Source: an uncultured Candidatus Saccharibacteria bacterium
GTDB lineage: Bacteria > Patescibacteriota > Minisyncoccia > Phycocordibacterales > SBAW01
Length of the DNA stretch: 64,000 nt
NCBI GenBank assembly: GCA_964482995.1
Contig: CAYZZC010000001.1
Span: forward strand, 4,867-68,866
Reading direction: 5' to 3'
Each line of letters opens with the position of its first letter. Positions within the stretch are counted from its first letter, which is position 1. A program made the translations under genes and the position numbers. Of the stretch, positions 9,399 to 20,402 are shown one piece after another. The notes under the pieces are model-generated. The model ran no database searches, had not been told where the DNA came from, and saw only the letters and a list, made by a program, of their open reading frames with translations.

Positions 9399-10637
9399 CT
9401 ACCGCCACGGGGCGGGGCGGGAGCGGGCAGCACCCCACATAGCTTTTGCTAGCCAAAGCGGCGCCACAAACCCAAACAATGTGAAATAAGAGAGGTAGGA
9501 AAAGAGAGACAGTTTGTTCTGAGAGATACGGCTGCCGATCAGTATAGCGGTTATAGTTGCCCCCATGACCGCGATGATAGTAAAGGTCATCATGCTGGTG
9601 TTGATAAAAAACAAATCAAAATGTGGCATCTGAAAGTTAGATATAAGCGGGACGCGCGTCGCCCACCTGTCGAGAACCTGAGTCGCTACCAGGTTTATAA
9701 CAGTATATAGAGCATACCCAGTGGTGTAGAGGCCGAGAAAAAATGCCGCGAGGCCAAAGGGGAGCACGAGCATGCCGAAGTTGCCGTACTTAGGGTTGAG
9801 ATACATATATGAGTAGTCGCGAGAGTTTTCGAGGAAGCCTTGCGACCAACGTGTGCGCTGCTTCAGCAGTGTGTGGAGTGTCTTTGGCACGGTGGTTTGC
9901 ACGGTGGCGTTGTGGGCGTTTACGATCTTGAGGCCGTGTGCGTGCATACGGAAGGCGATCTCCATGTCCTCGGTGTTGTGTGCGTGGTGGAAGGGGCCGA
10001 TTTTAGCAAACACCGAGCGGCGATAAACAGAGAAGGGCCCTGGGAGCACGTTGAGCGCGCCGACATTGTCGAACATTTTTTTATAAAACACGCCAAAGGT
10101 ATACTCAACCGCCTGCATGCGCTCAAGCATGGTTTTAGGCTCGGAGACCTTCATTACTGGCATCAGTGCGTGTATCGACTCATCTTCCTCAAACTTTTTT
10201 ACCACCTCAATAAGCGCATCTGGTGAGACAAACGAGTCTGCATCCAAACAACCAACCAACTCAGCAGTTGAGTTTTCTATACCAAAGTTAAGCGCAGTAT
10301 ACTTGCCGCCGTTTTCTTTATAAAAATAAGAAACCTGGTGGTGCTCTTTAGCATAAGCCTCAGCGATAGCGCGCGTGCCGTCCTTTGAGCCGTCGTCTAC
10401 AACCACAATCTCGAGTTTGTTCTTTGGGTACTCAAGCCCTAAGAGGGAGGTGATAGTTGCGGCAATGGTGCGCTCTTCGTTAAAGGCAGGCACGATAATG
10501 CTCACGGTGGGGAAGCGGCTCGGCTTAAGAGCGGTTTTTTTGGCAGGCTTTTTCTCAAGGAACGAGATCAATAAAAAAACCTCGAAGTAGAGGGCTAAAT
10601 AGAGGCACACATATACGCCCAAAGACCCTATTGACAT
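9399..10637 (-). CDS. Family-2 glycosyltransferase, processive synthase type (NodC/PgaC/cellulose-synthase-like)
   Basis: VSIIVPAFNEE, VVDDGS, DAD, and the QxxRW motif (QRTRWSQGF). N-terminal and multiple C-terminal transmembrane helices. Confidence 0.85.
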   Translation of the reverse strand: MSIGSLGVYVCLYLALYFEVFLLISFLEKKPAKKTALKPSRFPTVSIIVPAFNEERTIAATITSLLGLEYPKNKLEIVVVDDGSKDGTRAIAEAYAKEHHQVSYFYKENGGKYTALNFGIENSTAELVGCLDADSFVSPDALIEVVKKFEEDESIHALMPVMKVSEPKTMLERMQAVEYTFGVFYKKMFDNVGALNVLPGPFSVYRRSVFAKIGPFHHAHNTEDMEIAFRMHAHGLKIVNAHNATVQTTVPKTLHTLLKQRTRWSQGFLENSRDYSYMYLNPKYGNFGMLVLPFGLAAFFLGLYTTGYALYTVINLVATQVLDRWATRVPLISNFQMPHFDLFFINTSMMTFTIIAVMGATITAILIGSRISQNKLSLFSYLSYFTLFGFVAPLWLAKAMWGAARSRPAPWR

Positions 10638-10687
10638 GGGGTTACTATAGCATTTTGGTATGTTTTAAGCCATACTAGGAGATATTT

Positions 10688-11449
10688 ATGGTAGCTATCG
10701 AAAAAGGCCTGCCTGCCGGTAGGCAGGGTCACCTACACCCAATCTCGTCTTTAGTACGCGAGGCAAACACTATTTTCATGAAGATGGGTTTTACCCTCGC
10801 AGAGGGGCCTTTACTGGAGAGCGAGTGGTACAATTTTGACAGCCTCAATGTGCCTCTCGACCATCCAGCGCGCGACATGCAAGACACCTTTTTTATAAAG
10901 GATATGCCGGGGCATGTACTGCGCACGCATACGAGCCCGGTGCAGGTGCGCTACATGGAGGCGCAGATAAAGAAGGGCATTCTGCCTCCCTACCGCGTTA
11001 TAGTGCCAGGCAAGGTCTTTCGTAATGAGGCAACCGACATGACCCACGAAGCCGAGTTCTTTCAGATCGAGGGGTTGGTTATCGGCGAGGACATAACGCT
11101 CGCGCATTTAAAAGGCACTATTGAGCAATTTTTTAAAGAATTGTTTAAGGGCACACATGTTGAGATACGCTTCCGGCCGAGCTTCTTCCCCTTTGTGGAG
11201 CCTGGGGTTGAGGTCGACATGCGTTTGGTAGGGGAGGGTGCGCCAGAAAAGCTTAAAGATAAATGGATCGAGATGATGGGTGCTGGGATGGTCCACCCGA
11301 GCGTGCTTAAAAGTGCCGGCCTCGACACGCAAAAGTATCGCGGCTTTGCTTTTGGTATTGGGCTCGACCGCCTCGCGATTTTAAAGTGGGGTATCGACGA
11401 CATCCGCCTCATGCACTCCGCTGACCTGCGTTTTGTAAATCAATTCTAA
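10688..11449 (+). CDS. pheS: Phenylalanine--tRNA ligase alpha subunit (catalytic core only, lacks N-terminal coiled-coil arm)
   Basis: HLHPISSLVRE...FRNEATDMTHEAEFFQIEGLV...GFAFGIGLDRLA are class II aaRS motifs 1-3 of PheS. Only 253 aa. Confidence 0.9.
   Translation: MVAIEKGLPAGRQGHLHPISSLVREANTIFMKMGFTLAEGPLLESEWYNFDSLNVPLDHPARDMQDTFFIKDMPGHVLRTHTSPVQVRYMEAQIKKGILPPYRVIVPGKVFRNEATDMTHEAEFFQIEGLVIGEDITLAHLKGTIEQFFKELFKGTHVEIRFRPSFFPFVEPGVEVDMRLVGEGAPEKLKDKWIEMMGAGMVHPSVLKSAGLDTQKYRGFAFGIGLDRLAILKWGIDDIRLMHSADLRFVNQF
10708..10727. repeat. CCTGCCTGCCGGTAGGCAGG, a near-perfect palindrome (1 mismatch), family copy 1, inside the pheS 5' coding region
   Basis: Seen directly in sequence. Encodes LPAGRQ in pheS. 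Confidence 0.85.
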
Positions 11450-11453
11450 TTTT

Positions 11454-13289
11454 ATGCTGATATCCCGCTTGTGGCTCCAAAAGTTTTTCGACCAAGAACT
11501 GCCTTCTGCAGAGGCGCTCGCAGAAGCACTGACCTTTCATGCGTTTGAAATAGACGGTATAGAAAAGAGGAGTGATGACGACGTGCTGGATGTAAAAGTG
11601 ACTCCAAACCGCGGACACGACTGCCTCTCGCATCGCGGTATAGCAAAAGAGATATCAGCGATATTAAAGATACCGCTCTCACATGACCCGCTTGAGGGTG
11701 CCCCCACACTTGCCCCCGCGACCAACACCGTGTCGGTTGTGCTTGAGGACGCAACACTCTCGCCGCGCTATATCGCCGGGTATATTAAGAACGTTACCGT
11801 AGGCCCTTCGCCAGAGTGGCTTAAAGCGTGTCTTGAGGCCATAGGCCAACGCTCGATCAACAACGTGGTCGATGCGACCAACTTCGTCATGTTTAATACG
11901 GGCCAGCCGCTCCACGCTTTCGATGCAGGCAAACTCCACCAAGGACCGTCCTCTGGAGAAAATATAAAGGACAGTCCTTTATATAGCATCGTGGTGCGCA
12001 AAGCTAAACCGGGAGAAAAAATAATAGCGCTTGATAACAAAGAATATACACTCACTGACTCGATGCTCGTGATCGCAGACGGTAACGCAGACATGCCGGT
12101 GGGTATTGCGGGGGTCAAAGGCGGCACTCCAGCGGGGATAACTGAGGCGACTCAGGATGTCATTATAGAGGCGGCACATTTTAACAGCGTATCAGTACGT
12201 AAAGTTGCCCAGGCGCTTAAACTGCGCACAGACGCTTCTTCGCGGTTTGAGCAAAACATTTCTCCAAACCTCGCTGGGTATGGCATGCGCGAGGCGGCAG
12301 ACCTTATCCTTAAGATAGCAGGTGGTACGTTGGTTGGTTTTGCCGATGTGTACCCAACACCGCAAAAAGAAGTGCGTGTCGCCGTATCAGTTGAAAAAAT
12401 AAACAGTGTGTTAGGTACCGTGCTCACACCCGCCGATGTCGCCGATGTGTTTGTGCGGCTCGGGTTTGCCTATAAAGAAGAGAGCGGTGTGTTTGAGGTG
12501 CTGGTCCCGCCTGAGCGTCTCGACCTTATAATCTCCGAGGATTTGATAGAAGAAGTCGGCCGGATAATCGGCTACGACAAAGTCTCCGCCATGCCACTCC
12601 CAGCTCTTGCTGGAGAGGTGGAGATAAACAAAAATTTTTATGCGAGCGAGCGTGTGCGTGAGGATCTCACCACGCAAGGATACTCAGAGGTCTACACCTC
12701 AGTCTTTGCCGAGGAAGGCGAGCGCGCGGTGCTAAACAAGGTGGATAGTGTAAAGCCTTATTTGCGGAGCACCTTGGTGAAGGGGCTCGATGAGGCACTC
12801 AAGAAAAATATCCCCAACAAAGAGCTACTGGGGCTTACAGAAGTAAAATTGTTTGAGATCGGGTCAGTATGGAAGGATGGCAAAGAGGAGATATTGGTGG
12901 GTATAGTGAGCGAGAAAGCCAAGGCCGTGGAAGAGCCGCTCGCTGCATATCTCCCTAAAGAAGAGCCAATGCAGTATGAAAACTTGCCGACCTCTTCTGC
13001 GCAGCGCTATAAACCGTTTTCTAAATATCCGTACATCGTGCGCGATGTGGCCATTTGGGTACCAAATGGCACCGAGCATGTCGAGGTGCTAAATACGATA
13101 ACAAAAGAAGCAGGAGAGTTGTGCGTGAAGATAGGGCTTTTTGATCAGTTTGAAAAGGCAGGCAAAACTTCTTACGCATTTAGGCTTGTCTTCCAATCCT
13201 CTCTGCGCACGCTCACCGAGGTAGAGGTAAACGAAATAATGGAAAAAGTCTACGCTAGTTTAAAGCAAAAAGGGTTTGAGATTAGGTAA
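11454..13289 (+). CDS. pheT: Phenylalanine--tRNA ligase beta subunit (short form)
   Basis: 611 aa with B3/4 and B5 domain-like regions and a C-terminal anticodon-binding-like region. Immediately follows pheS. Confidence 0.85.
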   Translation: MLISRLWLQKFFDQELPSAEALAEALTFHAFEIDGIEKRSDDDVLDVKVTPNRGHDCLSHRGIAKEISAILKIPLSHDPLEGAPTLAPATNTVSVVLEDATLSPRYIAGYIKNVTVGPSPEWLKACLEAIGQRSINNVVDATNFVMFNTGQPLHAFDAGKLHQGPSSGENIKDSPLYSIVVRKAKPGEKIIALDNKEYTLTDSMLVIADGNADMPVGIAGVKGGTPAGITEATQDVIIEAAHFNSVSVRKVAQALKLRTDASSRFEQNISPNLAGYGMREAADLILKIAGGTLVGFADVYPTPQKEVRVAVSVEKINSVLGTVLTPADVADVFVRLGFAYKEESGVFEVLVPPERLDLIISEDLIEEVGRIIGYDKVSAMPLPALAGEVEINKNFYASERVREDLTTQGYSEVYTSVFAEEGERAVLNKVDSVKPYLRSTLVKGLDEALKKNIPNKELLGLTEVKLFEIGSVWKDGKEEILVGIVSEKAKAVEEPLAAYLPKEEPMQYENLPTSSAQRYKPFSKYPYIVRDVAIWVPNGTEHVEVLNTITKEAGELCVKIGLFDQFEKAGKTSYAFRLVFQSSLRTLTEVEVNEIMEKVYASLKQKGFEIR

Positions 13290-13297
13290 AACAGAAG

Positions 13298-13318
13298 GGG
13301 CCGCTTGTGAGGCGGCCC
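13298..13318. terminator. Hairpin GGGCCGC-ttgtga-GCGGCCC followed by a T-rich tract, between convergent pheT and the 13333 gene
   Basis: Perfect 7-bp GC stem seen in sequence. T-run downstream. Confidence 0.5.
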
Positions 13319-13332
13319 TTTGACCTTTTTGT

Positions 13333-13785
13333 TCAGCATGTGCGCCAGAATTGCTTTGCATCTTCGTACGGCATCCAGAGAATTTTTTTTGAGGCATACG
13401 ATGGGAACCCACCGTGCCTCTCTACCCAACCACGTATGTCGGCTTCATGAGGTGGTGGCCATTCGCGGCCGTCCTTAAGAAGTATCATATGAAATCCGAA
13501 ATAAGCTTTCGGCGTGATACAGGTGATTGAGCGGATCTGGTTGGCCAACAATGCGCAGCTGGAAGCACAAGGGTAGTTAATGACCAGCATCTTCCCACCC
13601 CTCTCTATTCCCGTTCCGGTTATTAGGAAGTCTGACACAAGACCGCCGCCCCAGTTTGCCTTCCTGACAACGCATCTGTTTGCGATGCATGTGGCGACGC
13701 CAAGGTTTTTGGCTTCTGACTTCTCAGGAGCCAACAGGACCAAAGCAAAATAAAGAACAAATAGAGAAACAAATCTTTTGAGCAT
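13333..13785 (-). CDS. Hypothetical secreted Cys-containing protein
   Basis: Start taken at MLKRFVSLFVLYFALVLLAPEKSEA, a signal peptide. The listed ORF extends to 13983 through the promoter/palindrome region, which is unlikely to be coding. Confidence 0.45.
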   Translation of the reverse strand: MLKRFVSLFVLYFALVLLAPEKSEAKNLGVATCIANRCVVRKANWGGGLVSDFLITGTGIERGGKMLVINYPCASSCALLANQIRSITCITPKAYFGFHMILLKDGREWPPPHEADIRGWVERHGGFPSYASKKILWMPYEDAKQFWRTC

Positions 13786-13880
13786 TTTTACCTCCCGTGC
13801 TCTAAAGCTTTCCCAACAACAGAGTACCTTTTTTACCTGCTTTAGCAAGGTATTTTTGCTGCATGCATGCTTCCAAATTG

Positions 13881-13889
13881 ACCTTACAT
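13881..13889 (+). promoter_or_regulatory. Extended -10 promoter element (TGgTATAAT) upstream of gyrB
   Basis: tttggTATAATg lies 69 bp upstream of the gyrB start. TGn-TATAAT is the extended -10 pattern. Confidence 0.4.
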
Positions 13890-13909
13890 TTGGTATAATG
13901 GGGAGGTAA

Positions 13910-16009
<2,100 letters not shown>

Positions 16010-16036
16010 AACGCGACCGAGCGACGGCGAGGAAGT

Positions 16037-16062
16037 GCCGAAATATAGCAATCTATTTCGGC
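16037..16062. terminator. Hairpin GCCGAAATA-tagcaatc-TATTTCGGC between convergent gyrB and the 16086 gene
   Basis: Perfect 9-bp inverted repeat seen in sequence. Confidence 0.45.
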
Positions 16063-16085
16063 CTAAGGTCAGCAAATTTGGATAT

Positions 16086-16937
16086 TTAAATAGACGCAAT
16101 ATTGTTGGTGCGGTTGAAGTCGTAGATATAGTTGCGCGGGTCGACAGTGATAGTCACCATGCGGTTGTAGTTATAGACCTGTGGGATATAGCTGGTTTGG
16201 TACCCATCTGAGTTAACGCAAGGCCCCGGGATATTTTGGTAGCCGTTGTAAGTGTAACAAGTAGTTTGGTAAGGATATGTTGGATATGGTTGTGGCTGCC
16301 CATAGGTAGGGGGGCAACCTGCCTGCGCAGGCAGGTTGTAGTTTGGATACTGCATTGTGCCAGCATACGCAGGCAGGCAGTATTGATTTTGGTTTGCGCT
16401 GTTGAAACCGAGCGTATACACAATCTTGTCGCCCGGGTAAAGCGCTTGCTGCGCCGGCGAGTTGTAGGTGTATGCGTAACCAAGCGGCAGTACAGCATCA
16501 AAGGTCCATCCTGCAGGAGCATTGTTGGTGCCGATGTTCATAACCTCAAACTGTACCGAGGTACGGCCAGCCGAGAGCGGGTTGATTGAGAGGATACGTA
16601 CCGAAAGGTCGGCAGCACCGTAGAGCGCTACCTTAGATGCAGCAGGGACATAGGTTTGAGTAGGCACATAGCTTGTAGTGCCTGTTGGCTTAGCAACTGG
16701 CTTTGCCGCAGGTGTAGCAGCTACAGGTGTCTGCGGGGTTTCTGTTTCTTTAGGAGTGTCTGAAGCAGGGGAGTAATCAAAAAGAGATACGATTGAGCTG
16801 CCGACAGTGCTTGCGATAGAAGGCAAGTTAAAAGCAAGGAGGATAATGCCCCACGCACCAAGCAAAAGCACCAAAAGGAGCCCGAGGAGCGCTACCAAAC
16901 GGACGATGTTGTCTTTAAAGCCCTTGTTCGTATCCAT
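16086..16937 (-). CDS. Hypothetical membrane-anchored surface protein, Tyr/Asn/Pro/Gln-rich
   Basis: N-terminal TM helix (LVALLGLLLVLLLGAWGIILLAF) and a Thr/Pro linker. A beta-rich domain is followed by a Y/N/P/Q-rich low-complexity C-terminus. Contains palindrome copy 3, which encodes LPAQAG. Confidence 0.5.
   Translation of the reverse strand: MDTNKGFKDNIVRLVALLGLLLVLLLGAWGIILLAFNLPSIASTVGSSIVSLFDYSPASDTPKETETPQTPVAATPAAKPVAKPTGTTSYVPTQTYVPAASKVALYGAADLSVRILSINPLSAGRTSVQFEVMNIGTNNAPAGWTFDAVLPLGYAYTYNSPAQQALYPGDKIVYTLGFNSANQNQYCLPAYAGTMQYPNYNLPAQAGCPPTYGQPQPYPTYPYQTTCYTYNGYQNIPGPCVNSDGYQTSYIPQVYNYNRMVTITVDPRNYIYDFNRTNNIASI
16334..16357. repeat. Perfect 24-bp palindrome CAACCTGCCTGC|GCAGGCAGGTTG (family copy 3, inside a CDS)
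   Basis: Seen directly in sequence. Confidence 0.9.
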
Positions 16938-17062
16938 AGTAATTACCGCAACGGTTTATCTTGTATGTCCAGCACCTTATCATAGCTATATATGCTTGTC
17001 AAGCGTTATAACACGCCATACTTGACAAAAGTCAAGTTTTGGTATAGTATAGATAAGCACTT

Positions 17063-17689
17063 ATGCAAAACGGCGCTACTAAAAACGGGGCGGGGGGTCT
17101 GGGAGTATTCCTGGTGACTTTTGTCATGCTTTTTGGTATCGCTGTCGCGTTTCTTGGTGCGGTCGATGCATTGCCTGAGCCTTCAGTGGCCGGGAGCAAC
17201 ACTACTGGTCTTTTACATAGTGCAAAAAATACTGATAAGCCAGAGAGCCCTGTACGCATAGTTGCTACAAGTATTGGGCTAGACCGCACGGTGGTTAACC
17301 CTGTTTCGACAGATGTTGCAGTGCTCGACCAAGAGCTCACCAAGGGTGCAGTACGTTACCCTACTTCGGCGATGCTCGGGGTTGATGGTACCGTGCTTCT
17401 CTTTGGGCACTCGTCATACCTGCCGGTGGTGTATCACCAATACTACAAAACGTTCAACGCCATCCAAAACTTGAAGAAGGGCGCGGTAGTGAGTGTCTTC
17501 TCAGGGGCTACAGAGTATCGCTACTCGGTGGTAAACGTGCGTGTTGCCGATGCCACTGAAGATGTGGTAGAACTGCCTGCAACGGGCAAGCACCTTGTTT
17601 TGGTTACTTGCGACACGTTCTCCAAAAAAACGAGCCGTTTCGTTGTAACTGCAGACCTTGTGGGTACCTACTCGCTCGCCTCGAATTAA
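17063..17689 (+). CDS. Sortase-family transpeptidase
   Basis: N-terminal TM anchor, catalytic His (TVLLFGHSS), a TLxTC-type active-site Cys (HLVLVTCDTF) and a downstream Arg (TSRFVV). Confidence 0.7.
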   Translation: MQNGATKNGAGGLGVFLVTFVMLFGIAVAFLGAVDALPEPSVAGSNTTGLLHSAKNTDKPESPVRIVATSIGLDRTVVNPVSTDVAVLDQELTKGAVRYPTSAMLGVDGTVLLFGHSSYLPVVYHQYYKTFNAIQNLKKGAVVSVFSGATEYRYSVVNVRVADATEDVVELPATGKHLVLVTCDTFSKKTSRFVVTADLVGTYSLASN

Positions 17690-17826
17690 TTTCGATAGGT
17701 GAGCGGTTAGGTCCTCGTAAATGGACTATTACTTCGCTGCGAGCAATTGCAGATGAGAAGTAAGATTAAGAACCTCGAAAAATGTAACCGCACCGCCGTT
17801 GGCGGGGCTAAACAAAGGAGGCCATC

Positions 17827-18762
17827 ATGGCCGACACCAAAAAAACAACTACGGGGTCGGCCGCAAGGCCAACGCCGACCGACCGCCTCGTTGAGGCGAA
17901 GAACGAAAACGCTGCCCTTGCGGCAGAAGTTGCTGCGCTCAAAGCGACCGCTGCGGCTAACGCTGCACGGCCTGCTTTGCAGCCGGCAGCAAACAGCGGC
18001 AGCAAGGCATGGTTGCTTGTTGTTGCCTTGTTGCTTGTGATCGCATCATTTGCGACTGTCACCGGCGCGGCCTACCTGTTGGGGATGTTCCCCGACCGGT
18101 TCTACCCTGAGAGGGTAGTCTCGGTTGAGAAAGTACCTGACAATCAGTTATCATCCTCCATCTGCCCGAGCGGCACAGCCGGGACATTCCCGGATTGTGT
18201 CGCCGCGGGCTCAGCCCCCAAGGCTGAAAAGATGGATGCGCAAGTGCCGCCCGAAGGAGTTTCTACTCCTATGTCGGTGGTGAATGTCTTTATCGAGTCG
18301 CCGCAGCAGAAATGCTGCGGGCAGCAGGAGACCTGCTGCCGAGGCTCGGAGCCACCGCCTAAACCGCGGTACAAACCAAAACCTCCGGTAGTGTACATAC
18401 CACCGCCGGTAGTTGAAACCTCTTGCTACCTCCGGGTGGCAACGTGGTCTGATTCTGGCAGGGACCAGCCTTACTACAAGCCCGTCAATGTCTACCTCGC
18501 GGTAGATGGCGGCGGCAAGATCACCTCTGGCCAGCTGGTACAAGGTTTGGGAGAGATCCCAATCCCTTGCTCGGCCTTGTACTCCAGGACAAACCTCGAA
18601 GTTTGTTTTGGTAACGGCCGCGAGTCGGAGCTGCTCAAGCCACGCGACAACGGTGCAGCAAACGACCTCAGGCGGATGCGCTTGAGGTACGAGAGGGCGA
18701 AGGCAGCCGGGAAAAGCCGCATCGTCCTCAATGTGTCGGAAGTGGGCTGGCACCCCGGGTAA
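17827..18762 (+). CDS. Hypothetical membrane protein with Cys-rich extracytoplasmic domain
   Basis: Strong SD (AAGGAGG) 8 nt upstream. Cytoplasmic Ala-rich coiled N-terminus, one TM helix, then a Pro- and Cys-rich domain with CC pairs. Locally higher GC and different Arg/Pro/Gly codon choice (CGG/CCG/GGG) from the neighbours. Confidence 0.5.
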   Translation: MADTKKTTTGSAARPTPTDRLVEAKNENAALAAEVAALKATAAANAARPALQPAANSGSKAWLLVVALLLVIASFATVTGAAYLLGMFPDRFYPERVVSVEKVPDNQLSSSICPSGTAGTFPDCVAAGSAPKAEKMDAQVPPEGVSTPMSVVNVFIESPQQKCCGQQETCCRGSEPPPKPRYKPKPPVVYIPPPVVETSCYLRVATWSDSGRDQPYYKPVNVYLAVDGGGKITSGQLVQGLGEIPIPCSALYSRTNLEVCFGNGRESELLKPRDNGAANDLRRMRLRYERAKAAGKSRIVLNVSEVGWHPG

Positions 18763-18780
18763 TCAGTTCTTCACAATATT

Positions 18781-18808
18781 GGTCGGAGCATTTCTTTTTG
18801 CTCCGACC
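18781..18808. terminator. Hairpin GGTCGGAGC-atttcttttt-GCTCCGACC downstream of the 17827 gene
   Basis: Perfect 9-bp stem seen in sequence. T-rich loop. Confidence 0.45.
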
Positions 18809-18904
18809 CCTTTCCAAGCTTCTTTAATAGAAGGGAGTTTAGAAAGGGGTTTCTAGAGAGAACCTCTTAATAAGCATTATTAAGCAGTAATTATTTACAA
18901 GAGT

Positions 18905-20302
18905 ATGAATATCACACTCAAAAACTTTGCCTCAGTCGCTACGATTGCACTTTTTGCACTCGTGTTTGTGTTTGGCGCGTTTTCAATCGCCAATGCAGCA
19001 ACATACGGCGGCAGTGGTTCAGGAGGCGGTTGTTGCACAGGTGGTGGTGGCGGCGGTGGTGGCGGTGGTTCTTACACCCCTCCTACCTACAAAGCGCCAA
19101 GCTGTACGCTCTCTGCAAGCGCTAACTCGATCATGAGTGGTCAGAGCGCAACACTTACCTGGAGCTCAAACCGCGCTACAAGCGCCTACCTCTCAACGGT
19201 CGGCTCAGTAGCTACAAATGGCTCACAGACCGTCTCGCCTACCTACACGCAGACATATGTGCTCACGGTATACGGCGAAGGCGGCAGCAGGACTTGCACA
19301 AAGACCATTGTGGTCACCACTCCTCCGGTACAACCAGCTTGTACGCTCAATGCCTCGCCTGCAGCAATTACTAACGGTCAGAGTGCAACACTCTCGTGGA
19401 GCTCAAGCAACGCAACGAGCGCAACTCTCTCATCGGTTGGCTCCGTGGCGACAAATGGTTCGCAAGCTGTCTCGCCTACGTATACACAAAACTATGTGCT
19501 CACCGTATATGGCGAAAACGGTGTTGCTACCTGCACAAAAACCATCACGGTTACTGCACCAGTAGTAGATGCACCAACTTGTAACATCTATGTTGCGCAA
19601 CCAAGCTACAACCAAAACTACAATCAATACAACCAGTATGGCAACTATAACCATCCTGTCTCGCCGATCCAAGGCGGGCCGGTAACTATCAGCTGGAACT
19701 CGCAGTACGCATACTCTGGTTGGATCAACCAAGGTGTCGGCGCGGTTTCCCTTTCAGGTTCTCGCACAGTGTACCCGTCGCAGACGACTGTCTACATTGC
19801 AACATTTGTTGGCCAAAACGGCCAGCAAGTAACTTGCTCGGCAACGGTAAACATCAATACCTACGTACCGCCTCCTGTTTACCCACCGATCTATCAAAAC
19901 CCAGCACCGTATATAACCCTCTCCGCGGTTCCATACACTGGTCTTGACCTGGGGCCGGTTGGCACGGTGCTCTACTGGGGCTTCCTCGTAGCATGGAGCT
20001 TGTTTGCGGCATATCTTATCGCAATCAAGCGCGCGCATATGAGCCTCTATCGTTGGTACAGCAAAGCACTCTTTGGTTCGACAGAGCTCACCACAAGTGG
20101 TTCTGAGGCGGCTTCAACGCCAGCTTTAGCAACCAATGCCGGTGCACTGTCGCGCAGCGAGCTTGCCTCTATCGTCGCTCAACTTGAGGCGTTGGTAGCG
20201 GGTAAGAAGGTTTCTACAACACCTTCGGCACCTCTTATTGGTTCTGAAAGCGGCGCAATTGATCCGTTCGTTCTCTCGCAGATCAATCGCCCTCGCAACT
20301 AA
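18905..20302 (+). CDS. Surface protein with tandem Ig-like Cys-bracketed repeats, a Gly run, a TM helix and a cytoplasmic tail
   Basis: Signal peptide, a Gly13 run, and three roughly 80-aa repeats (CTLSASANSI...TCTKTIVV; CTLNASPAAI...TCTKTITV; a diverged third). A hydrophobic helix (VLYWGFLVAWSLFAAYLIAI) is followed by KRAH and an 85-aa tail. Confidence 0.6.
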   Translation: MNITLKNFASVATIALFALVFVFGAFSIANAATYGGSGSGGGCCTGGGGGGGGGGSYTPPTYKAPSCTLSASANSIMSGQSATLTWSSNRATSAYLSTVGSVATNGSQTVSPTYTQTYVLTVYGEGGSRTCTKTIVVTTPPVQPACTLNASPAAITNGQSATLSWSSSNATSATLSSVGSVATNGSQAVSPTYTQNYVLTVYGENGVATCTKTITVTAPVVDAPTCNIYVAQPSYNQNYNQYNQYGNYNHPVSPIQGGPVTISWNSQYAYSGWINQGVGAVSLSGSRTVYPSQTTVYIATFVGQNGQQVTCSATVNINTYVPPPVYPPIYQNPAPYITLSAVPYTGLDLGPVGTVLYWGFLVAWSLFAAYLIAIKRAHMSLYRWYSKALFGSTELTTSGSEAASTPALATNAGALSRSELASIVAQLEALVAGKKVSTTPSAPLIGSESGAIDPFVLSQINRPRN

Positions 20303-20367
20303 TTTGCCGTAAGACGGCAAGCGGATGCAGAGCTCCCCTCGACTAAGCTCGGGGTAAACCAAAACAG

Positions 20368-20400
20368 CAAAAAATCCCCGTTCGGGGATTTTTTGTTTTT
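20368..20400. terminator. Bidirectional rho-independent terminator (A-run, ATCCCC-gttc-GGGGAT, T-run) between the 18905 gene and thrS
   Basis: Seen in sequence: aaaaaatccccgttcggggattttttgttttt. Confidence 0.6.
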
Positions 20401-20402
20401 AC

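Noticed and set aside
17747-18040. 97-aa ORF overlapping the start of the 17827 gene in another frame
   Set aside because: It is Arg/Gln-rich with no start context. The 17827 frame has a strong SD and coherent membrane-protein features.
18990-19070. GGT/GGC run in the 18905 gene as a phase-variation tract
   Set aside because: The repeat unit is a codon (Gly), so slippage changes Gly-run length in frame rather than switching expression. The tract is also imperfect.
19890-20030. Possible sortase sorting signal (AVPYTG, hydrophobic helix, then KRAH) in the 18905 repeat protein, next to the sortase gene
   Set aside because: About 85 further residues follow the basic patch. Canonical sorting signals end within a few residues of the charged tail. 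It is more likely an ordinary TM anchor with a cytoplasmic tail.
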